A stretch of 64,000 bases of DNA, taken from a virus. Its lineage: Duplodnaviria; Caudoviricetes. The position numbers and the translations under genes are program-made. The notes beneath the pieces are model-generated. The model was given only the letters and a program-made list of their open reading frames with translations. It was not told the DNA's origin and ran no database searches. The first letter of the stretch is position 1, and the number at the start of each line of letters is the position of its first letter. The stretch covers positions 64,001-128,000 of the IMG/VR virus record IMGVR_UViG_3300032319_001025. The stretch is one strand, 5' to 3'. Positions 57,430-64,000 of this stretch are shown here, one piece after another.

Positions 57430-59186
57430 TATTCTCTAAGACCAGCACCTTTTTCAAAACGCCTTACGAATCTTTCTTCTTCCTTATCTGATTGATCATC
57501 TCTTTTAAATGCTATTAAGCCGCCCATTGTACCTAAAAGCGAGGCTATAGACATACTATTTCTAATGGCTTCTAGTACAGCGGGGGCAGAATCTAGAACA
57601 TCAATTCTGTCTCTCCATTCATACTCAGAAAGATCAAAAGTTTGATCATCTTTTTGTAATAGTTGACCAATCATACTATCTATTTCTTGTTCGTTAAATC
57701 CATAGTTTTTATATAATATTTTTACTGGTTCAACTAAAGCATCCGAAAGAATATTAATTGCAATTTTCCTACATTCATTTTTTTCTTTTCTACCAAGTTC
57801 TAGTAAGTCTGCTGCAATTCTAACTAGTGTGTAACCTCCGCCTGGCACAGCACCGTATTTAACGGCTCCTCTAATTGCCATCCAAGCATCTTCTGCTCTG
57901 TCTCTTTTTTCTCGAGTTTCACCTTGGCTTAATCCGTAAATATTTAAACGTGCAATCCCACTAGTTAATTTTCCTATTCTAACGTCTAATTCGTGTGCTT
58001 CATATTGGCTTTCTGGTTTTTCTCTTCTTAACTTTAGCTCTTGAACTCTAGTTTCAATTAAGCTTTCATCCTCATCCACCATTATTGAACTTCTAAATCT
58101 TCCAACCTCAATATTTTTTACACGATTTCTTTTAATTAAAAAATCGATGTTCATGTCTATAAGAGGTCTGTCGATTGGGTTAAACACAGGAGACCCAGTA
58201 TATGCTTGTAAATCGTAAAGCTGCTCAGTTCTTGAATTTATTGTAGCAGATTGTGTGGTTACAATTGGAAAAACTTTAAATGTCCCTTTATTCCAGTTAA
58301 GATGCAAATCTCCAACTACACTATCAGAAAACCCGTGCGAAACTACTACAATTCCTGTTGTAAGATGTGAATTTTCTGCAAAATATTGACCAATTTTGTT
58401 CATTGGTTCTAAGATTTGAGAAATATCATTAATAGTACCGTCAAATAAAAGAACAAGAGGTTTTTCTAGAACAACCATTGTTCCGCTTTTATCATTAATA
58501 AACCCAGTTGAAAAATTTCTACAAGATTCTTCGTACCCTTTATCTAGGGTATATCCAGATATTTTTTCAATTTCATACTTAGATGGGCCTGTTGCTTCAA
58601 TAATAGTGATATTGCCCTCATCACCTACAGTATTAAAAGATTCAATGATTGCATCAGCAAGTTCTTTATCCCCATTTGCTGATAGTGTGGCAACTTTATG
58701 TAGAATAGATTCTGAATTTTCACCATCAACTTTAATTTTATAAGAATCTATAACTTCGGAAATATAAGGGATTAGGTTCTGTAATTCCCTGACTATTTTT
58801 TGGGGGCTAAGTTTTGGATTTTTTTCAACTAATTTAGAAGTTCTTTTGGTAATACTTTCAGCAAGAATTGTAGCTGTAGTGGTTCCATCTCCAGCTTCGG
58901 AAGCTGTTCTGACAGCAGCATCTCTAACAGCCTCTAACACCAACTGTTGAGTTGCGGATTCATAACCTAAATTTTTAATAACAGTAACACCGTCTTTTGT
59001 CATTATAGGTTTTAATCCAATTTCTGGTCTTTCAATTAAAACCTGTCTTCCTCCAGGTCCAAGTGTAGCTCCAACCATTTTTGCAATGTGTTCCATCGTT
59101 TCTAAAACAATGTTTTTAAGTTCTTGACCTGGTGCAACCATTACTTTAGAAGCAGATTTTGGTTTATTAACTTGAAAAAGACTCAT
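57429..59186 (-). CDS. groEL: phage chaperonin GroEL
   Basis: TLGPGG, TKDGVTV, GDGTTTAT, 'EKRDRAEDA', G.VPGGG; no GGM tail. Confidence 0.93.
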   Translation of the reverse strand: MSLFQVNKPKSASKVMVAPGQELKNIVLETMEHIAKMVGATLGPGGRQVLIERPEIGLKPIMTKDGVTVIKNLGYESATQQLVLEAVRDAAVRTASEAGDGTTTATILAESITKRTSKLVEKNPKLSPQKIVRELQNLIPYISEVIDSYKIKVDGENSESILHKVATLSANGDKELADAIIESFNTVGDEGNITIIEATGPSKYEIEKISGYTLDKGYEESCRNFSTGFINDKSGTMVVLEKPLVLLFDGTINDISQILEPMNKIGQYFAENSHLTTGIVVVSHGFSDSVVGDLHLNWNKGTFKVFPIVTTQSATINSRTEQLYDLQAYTGSPVFNPIDRPLIDMNIDFLIKRNRVKNIEVGRFRSSIMVDEDESLIETRVQELKLRREKPESQYEAHELDVRIGKLTSGIARLNIYGLSQGETREKRDRAEDAWMAIRGAVKYGAVPGGGYTLVRIAADLLELGRKEKNECRKIAINILSDALVEPVKILYKNYGFNEQEIDSMIGQLLQKDDQTFDLSEYEWRDRIDVLDSAPAVLEAIRNSMSIASLLGTMGGLIAFKRDDQSDKEEERFVRRFEKGAGLRE

Positions 59187-59200
59187 AATTATTACCTTTA

Positions 59201-59314
59201 TTTATTTTTATAAACTGAAACAACTTCAACAGCTTTCCAAATAAAAACCCAAAAACTAACTATTCCACTAATATAATAAATAGCTCTTAGTTTTTCCATT
59301 GTATCGTGATTCAT
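59201..59314 (-). CDS. 37-aa single-TM peptide
   Basis: My translation MNHDTMEKLRAIYYISGIVSFWVFIWKAVEVVSVYKK*; GAGGT RBS. Confidence 0.5.
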
Positions 59315-59329
59315 AAATACCTCAATGGG

Positions 59330-59358
59330 ATTTTACAATAATAACAAACATTAATCAA
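59330..59358 (-). promoter_or_regulatory. sigma-70 promoter of the groEL operon
   Basis: TTGATT-N17-TAAAAT. Confidence 0.65.
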
Positions 59359-59984
59359 GTAAAAGCTTTTTTACCAAGAATCGTTATTGCTTTCTCATCG
59401 CCATCAAACCATTTATCTTTCAATTTATAGTACATATCATACATTTCTTTACTCATTATGTTGTTTTTGAAAAGTTCGTAAAGATTTGTAAATATTGGCT
59501 GTATTCCAGAATCATCATTTTCTCTGGCAAACCATCCAGGAGATACGTTATATTCATTTTGATTTATCTTAGGTCTGAAATCGTTTTTCCAACCAATTGA
59601 ATCTTTTGGTTTTTCTTCACAGTGGTTAGCTAAAAAAATTCTAAAACATCTAATTATTCTATCTGAATAAAATTTTTGACGCTCACTGCCAGTGTTTTTG
59701 CTTGAATCATAATAATGTTTTGTAATTCTTGCAATAAAACCAGCATCTTCTAAATATTTAATATGCCTTTGAACTGTTCTTAAGCTTAATTGCAAAACTT
59801 CTGCAATCATTTTATCGTGAAATTTTACATCACCATTGTTATTGTAACTTCTTACTTCAAGTAAATGCAGAATAAGCTTACTTTTAGGGTGTAATTCGTT
59901 CTCATCCTTAAACCTATCAGTCATCGATAAGAACTTTTGTTTAAACTTACCATCGGTAAATTTAGAAAAGCCAATTTTAAACAT
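59355..59984 (-). CDS. winged-HTH protein (replication-initiator/regulator-like)
   Basis: 'IAEVLQLSLRTVQRHIKYLEDAGFI'; AAGGAG RBS. Confidence 0.7.
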   Translation of the reverse strand: MFKIGFSKFTDGKFKQKFLSMTDRFKDENELHPKSKLILHLLEVRSYNNNGDVKFHDKMIAEVLQLSLRTVQRHIKYLEDAGFIARITKHYYDSSKNTGSERQKFYSDRIIRCFRIFLANHCEEKPKDSIGWKNDFRPKINQNEYNVSPGWFARENDDSGIQPIFTNLYELFKNNIMSKEMYDMYYKLKDKWFDGDEKAITILGKKAFT

Positions 59985-59996
59985 GACACTCCTTGT

Positions 59997-60078
59997 GTTT
60001 GGCGTGTAAGGGAATATTTATATTATATATACTATAAGAAGAGTATATAAGATATTAAAAAAGTCTTACCCGCCACAC
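59997..60078. repeat. nested inverted repeats around an AT-rich core
   Basis: 14-bp arms 59997-60010 / 60065-60078 (12/14) and 8-bp arms 60026-33 / 60042-49. Confidence 0.7.
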
Positions 60079-60088
60079 TAAGAATGTA

Positions 60089-60448
60089 TCACAAAAAATT
60101 CTTATTTATAAATTTTTTTAAAAGAAAAAAAGGCAAGTTGTTTTTGACTCTAAAAGACACAAAGCTTTTAAGTAAATTTCTTTTTCTTTTAAGTGCTTCA
60201 TTTTTTTGATGAATATCTCTAAGATACAGGTAAAGGTTTGAAGATATTTGTTCGATTATTAATTCTTTATCACCGTTTAAAACTGATAAAAAAGTTTTAT
60301 CAACTGGTAAGTAGATTGTGTTAAATATTTTTCTTCCATCACCGATGTACACAGTCATGTAACTTTTTTTATCCCAATATACGGTAGCTCTAAGATTTAA
60401 ATATTTCACAGTTGTAAAAGGAACTGTAACCATAACACGATTAGTCAT
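60089..60448 (-). CDS. hypothetical protein
   Basis: GGAGG RBS. Confidence 0.6.
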   Translation of the reverse strand: MTNRVMVTVPFTTVKYLNLRATVYWDKKSYMTVYIGDGRKIFNTIYLPVDKTFLSVLNGDKELIIEQISSNLYLYLRDIHQKNEALKRKRNLLKSFVSFRVKNNLPFFLLKKFINKNFL

Positions 60449-60635
60449 TTTTATATCCTCCCCTTAAAAAAAGTTCTTCAATCATAAGTTCATCTTCAAT
60501 ACGTTCTTTTTTATCTTTTAATTTAAAGTATAAAAGATGGTTTTTTGTGGTAATTTCTAAATCTTTGTTGGCAAGTTTAGAAATTATTCTATTTATTTTT
60601 AATAGCTTTTGTTTAAGTGTTTGTATTGTATCCAT
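60441..60635 (-). CDS. hypothetical coiled-coil protein
   Basis: First gene of the - strand arm. Confidence 0.55.
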   Translation of the reverse strand: MDTIQTLKQKLLKINRIISKLANKDLEITTKNHLLYFKLKDKKERIEDELMIEELFLRGGYKND

Positions 60636-60641
60636 GATTTA

Positions 60642-60724
60642 ATGGTATATATAATTAATATTCTTGTAAATAACGCAAAATTCATACCAAATAACTTTTA
60701 AAGTTTTCTGTTTTACTATATAAT
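60642..60724. promoter_or_regulatory. divergent promoter pair
   Basis: Minus: TTTACA-N17-TACCAT (60670..60642), 6 nt to ATG 60635; plus: TATAAT 60719-24, 8 nt before ATG 60733. Confidence 0.6.
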
Positions 60725-60732
60725 GACAACAA

Positions 60733-62145
60733 ATGACTATTAAGGAACCAGTAAAAATTTATTTACCAGTCGTAGATAATGAAGTTAAGCGTTTTCTTAC
60801 GTTTATGGATAGGTCCGTAAACTATCAAATTTACAAGATAAAAAACAACTTTAGATGGGCATCAGGAGATCCAGAGGGTCATGCGGATAGAATTAAACAA
60901 CTTAAAGAACAATCAGTTAAAACATTGATTTTTAAAGATGATTTTGGTGAATACACTTATAGCGGCTTAGTTTCTGATTTAAAACAAAGGTTTAAATGGG
61001 AATTAAAAAATGAAATATATTATCCAGAACCTAAGCTTATACCTTGGGATAAGCAGCCAGAGTTTGAATTAAGACCGTATCAAAAAGAGGCTGTAGAGGC
61101 TTTAAAAGCTGTCAAACATGGCGCTGTAGAGCTACCAACTGGTAGCGGAAAATCTGCTTGTATAACCGATTTAATCAAGAATTATGGCCTAAAAACTTTA
61201 CTAATGACACCGAGCCGTTCAATAACTGAACAGCTTTATCACGATTTATGTTTAAGATTTGGAAAAAAGAGGGTTGGTAAGTTTAGCGGAACCAAAAAAG
61301 AAGTTAATAAGTTAATAGTGGTGGCTACTGGACAGTCTTTAACAAGACTTAATAAGGAAAGCAAAGAATATCAAGAGCTTTCTAACACTGAAGTTTTTAT
61401 AGCCGATGAATCTCATTCTGTACCAGCAGAAACATTTGAAGCCGTATGTATGGGCGTGGCAGCAAAAGCCCCTTATAGATTCTTCTTTAGTGCAACGCAA
61501 TTAAGAACTGATGGCTCAGAAATGATTTTAAAAGGCATTACAGGGCCAGTTGTATATAGAAAAACCTTTAAAGAGCTTGTTTCAGAAGGATACTTAGCTA
61601 ATCCAAAATTTAGAATTTTTAGAGTTGACTCAAATGGTAACACTAACAGGCAAGATGTTAATCAAGAAACAAGAAAGCAGCTTTTTGAAAACCCAAACGT
61701 AGCAAAGCTTGCAGCTGATATAGCTGATAAATCAGTTCAAGGTGCAAACCGTAAAACCCTTATTATTATTGATGAGTTAGTTCAGTACGATTTACTAAAT
61801 AATTATTTAAAAACCAAACACGAATTTATTTGTGGAGCAACACCGCAAGCAAAAAGAGCTGAAATCATTAAAGATTTTAATGAAGGAAGTTTAATGCTAT
61901 TAATTGGAACTTCTGCAATTAGTACAGGGGTTGACCTTAAGCCTACAAGTTCGTTAATATACCTACAGGGCGGAATGAGCGAAATTCAGGTAAAACAAGC
62001 TATTGGAAGAGGAACTAGAATTTTTCCAGGTAAAACCGATCTGTGGGTCTCTGATTTTATGGTTTTAAACTCTAAGCATATGGAAAGACATACTAAAGTC
62101 AGAATGAAAATTTATGAAACGCTTGGAGAAGTAAAGGTAATTTAA
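60733..62145 (+). CDS. SF2 DNA helicase (UvsW/XPB-like)
   Basis: LRPYQ, PTGSGKS, DESH, SAT, 'STGVD', QAIGRGTR. Confidence 0.9.
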   Translation: MTIKEPVKIYLPVVDNEVKRFLTFMDRSVNYQIYKIKNNFRWASGDPEGHADRIKQLKEQSVKTLIFKDDFGEYTYSGLVSDLKQRFKWELKNEIYYPEPKLIPWDKQPEFELRPYQKEAVEALKAVKHGAVELPTGSGKSACITDLIKNYGLKTLLMTPSRSITEQLYHDLCLRFGKKRVGKFSGTKKEVNKLIVVATGQSLTRLNKESKEYQELSNTEVFIADESHSVPAETFEAVCMGVAAKAPYRFFFSATQLRTDGSEMILKGITGPVVYRKTFKELVSEGYLANPKFRIFRVDSNGNTNRQDVNQETRKQLFENPNVAKLAADIADKSVQGANRKTLIIIDELVQYDLLNNYLKTKHEFICGATPQAKRAEIIKDFNEGSLMLLIGTSAISTGVDLKPTSSLIYLQGGMSEIQVKQAIGRGTRIFPGKTDLWVSDFMVLNSKHMERHTKVRMKIYETLGEVKVI

Positions 62146-62158
62146 TTAGGATTTAATT

Positions 62159-63163
62159 ATGTCTCAAAAAATATTTTATAGATTTGTTGCTGAGATGAGT
62201 GAAATACTCAATAACAGCACGTTTAATTATGATGATCAAAAAAAGCTTTTAAAAAAGCTTTTTGCTGTTGAGAAAAAGTTTAAAGATACTTTACTCTCTA
62301 CTCCAAATGGCAGAAACGTTTATAAATCTTTTATGAAATTCATTCTTAATGATCAAAAAAACATATTGGCAGCTAGGATTTATTTTAGAGAAAGACAAGA
62401 TACTTTTTCAAATAAAATAGCTAAAGCTTTTCATCAAAACAAACCAGAAAAGCTTTTTAAATTTAGAATCAATTATGTATTTGCTGTATGGGCATGTAAA
62501 AATATAAAAAGAAAAAATAAAAAATTATTGAGACTTTTAGAGGATATGAAAACCTTAAGAAACAATCTTTGCGAAATGAATTTACCTTTAGCTATTAATA
62601 GATCTAAGATTTTTTGGTCTAAAATACCAGATTCCCATCTAGAATACATGGATTTAATACAAACCTCGTCCGAAGGTCTTTTAATTGCTATAGATAAATT
62701 TGTGCCCCCATTTAAGTTAGTTTTCCGTTCTGTTGCAATCGGAAGAATGGTTGCTTACATGATTGAGGATAATAGCGAAACAATAATCAAATTATCCCCT
62801 ACTGAAAGAAGAATACTTTATTTAATAAACAAAGCTAAAAACACTGAAAAAGCTGAAAATGAAGATGAAATTCTTAAATTTGTAAAAAAATCGTTTCCAA
62901 ATGTAACTAAAGAACATTTAAATGAATTAATGAACGCATCAAAAACAGTAAACATTGATATTTCAGCAAACAAGAATGAATCAGATAAAGATTCTATGCA
63001 AAAAAAAGAAGCTGACATTTTTTTTAAGTCTTCAAATAATTTAGAAGAAGACATTGTTAATAATGATTTAAAAAGAAAGCTTGTACCAGCAACAAAAAAT
63101 CTTTCAGTTTTAGAAAAAAAGGTATTATCTTTAACATATGGAATTAATTTTTTAAAGGAGTAA
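62159..63163 (+). CDS. sigma-70-family factor lacking region 4.2
   Basis: 'EMNLPLAI', 'DLIQ...GLLIAIDKF', region 3, region 4.1 'LSVLEKKVLSLTYGI' then stop. Confidence 0.8.
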   Translation: MSQKIFYRFVAEMSEILNNSTFNYDDQKKLLKKLFAVEKKFKDTLLSTPNGRNVYKSFMKFILNDQKNILAARIYFRERQDTFSNKIAKAFHQNKPEKLFKFRINYVFAVWACKNIKRKNKKLLRLLEDMKTLRNNLCEMNLPLAINRSKIFWSKIPDSHLEYMDLIQTSSEGLLIAIDKFVPPFKLVFRSVAIGRMVAYMIEDNSETIIKLSPTERRILYLINKAKNTEKAENEDEILKFVKKSFPNVTKEHLNELMNASKTVNIDISANKNESDKDSMQKKEADIFFKSSNNLEEDIVNNDLKRKLVPATKNLSVLEKKVLSLTYGINFLKE

Positions 63164-63166
63164 ATT

Positions 63167-63499
63167 ATGGAAATTTTTAGTTTAAATGACAGAATTGCAA
63201 TAGAACAGCCAGTTTTTACTAAAATTGAAGCTCAAATAACTAATGGTTTTGCAATGAACTCAAATAGAATTAATTTAATTGAATGCAAAGTTGTATGGAA
63301 ATGCAGAATTAATGACAACCTACTACTAGGTCCTGAAGATACCGTCATTCTCAGAGGCGATGCTGGACTGTATCCATGGGCAAAACAAAAGTTTGTACAC
63401 GAAGGAAAAGAAATCGTTCTATGCCCTAAAACGGACATTATTGGATATAAAAAAGGAAATGTTCAATATTATGAACATGTTGAAATAAAAGGAGCATAA
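63167..63499 (+). CDS. groES: divergent GroES-like co-chaperonin
   Basis: 'FSLNDRIAIE' (PLHDRVIV), 'TNGFAM' mobile loop, 'EDTVIL', 'EGKEIVLCPKTDIIG' (DNEEVLIMSESDILA). Confidence 0.6.
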   Translation: MEIFSLNDRIAIEQPVFTKIEAQITNGFAMNSNRINLIECKVVWKCRINDNLLLGPEDTVILRGDAGLYPWAKQKFVHEGKEIVLCPKTDIIGYKKGNVQYYEHVEIKGA

Positions 63500-64000
63500 T
63501 GAATTTTCTTCTTATAGGCGATTTACATGTAAAACCAGATAACATTGAAGAGTCTAATAGATTTATTCAATGGATATCAGGTTTATGTAAAGAAAAATCG
63601 TTAATACCGATATTTATGGGTGACCAATATGATACCCATGGAAATATACGTGTAGAAGTTTTAGATTTTTGGCAAAAAGCATATGATCTTTTTGTTTCAT
63701 CTTATAGTATTGTAGGTAATCACGATATGGATTATTCGTGCGAATTTACCAGCATGCTTTCTAATTCTAAACAGACCAAAGTTATTAATACACCATTTAC
63801 CTTGTCTGAAAGTACAATAACTATACCTTACATCAAGTCTTCTCAAGAATTTACTAATTTAATCAATAATTTAAATGATAAAATTAAATTTGTTTTATGT
63901 CATCAAGAATTTTACGGTGCGCAATATGAAGGCGGATTTTACGCACCAACTGGAGTAAAGCTAGAAGAAATCAAAAAAGACGTTTTATTTATAAGTGGAC
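63499..64000 (+). CDS. sbcD: SbcD/Mre11/gp47-like nuclease, partial
   Basis: My translation MNFLLIGDLHVK...MGDQYD...VGNHD...LCHQE; open to window end. Confidence 0.8.
   Translation, partial: MNFLLIGDLHVKPDNIEESNRFIQWISGLCKEKSLIPIFMGDQYDTHGNIRVEVLDFWQKAYDLFVSSYSIVGNHDMDYSCEFTSMLSNSKQTKVINTPFTLSESTITIPYIKSSQEFTNLINNLNDKIKFVLCHQEFYGAQYEGGFYAPTGVKLEEIKKDVLFISG

Noticed and set aside
27102-59326. Identical 17-mer TTCATAAATACCTCAAT at 27102 and 59310
   Set aside because: Explained by a shared GAGGT RBS, spacer and ATG
63140-63180. Frameshift at T TTT TTA restoring sigma region 4.2
   Set aside because: The -1 frame stops within a few codons and no HTH is encoded downstream
1-64000. Stop-codon reassignment
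   Set aside because: Genes are full length under code 11, and TAG/TGA end well-formed genes (e.g. 25716, 26166, 6588)
1-64000. CRISPR array, tRNA, rRNA, integrase or IS
   Set aside because: None recognised by eye and intergenic gaps are short; tRNAscan/Infernal were not run

Overview
This 64 kb window is part of a large, AT-rich, dsDNA contractile-tailed (myovirus-type) bacteriophage genome using the standard genetic code. From ~1.0 to 26.4 kb (+ strand) is a tail/baseplate operon: two tail chaperones, tape measure, hub, spike, a tube-initiator/LysM/gp25 fusion, a 2234-aa baseplate-J, wedge, tube paralogue, fibres with collar domains and an M15 endolysin. From ~26.4 to 60.6 kb (- strand) is an early/middle arm with many small ORFs and a self-sufficient replication/recombination set (DnaB, DnaG, DnaE, RecA, SSB, RuvC, SbcC, dUTPase). 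That arm also carries accessory genes: S8 and M10 proteases, a CYTH enzyme, an AAA+ ATPase, GroEL, a plant TAA1/alliinase-like PLP enzyme and degenerate PDF and kinase folds. From 60.7 to 64 kb (+ strand) are an SF2 helicase, a sigma-70-type factor, a divergent GroES and a truncated SbcD. The most notable observations are: (1) the sigma factor stops exactly before region 4.2, while a separate 77-aa gene 12.5 kb away encodes a region-4.2-like HTH, a candidate split sigma with a candidate late-promoter motif; (2) the TAA1/alliinase-family enzyme co-transcribed with GroEL; (3) an independently promoted small exported protein ending in a textbook BAM beta-signal; (4) several leaderless sigma-70 transcripts; (5) a microhomology-joined A-B-A rearrangement. 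All calls are by-eye motif recognition; no database searches were run.
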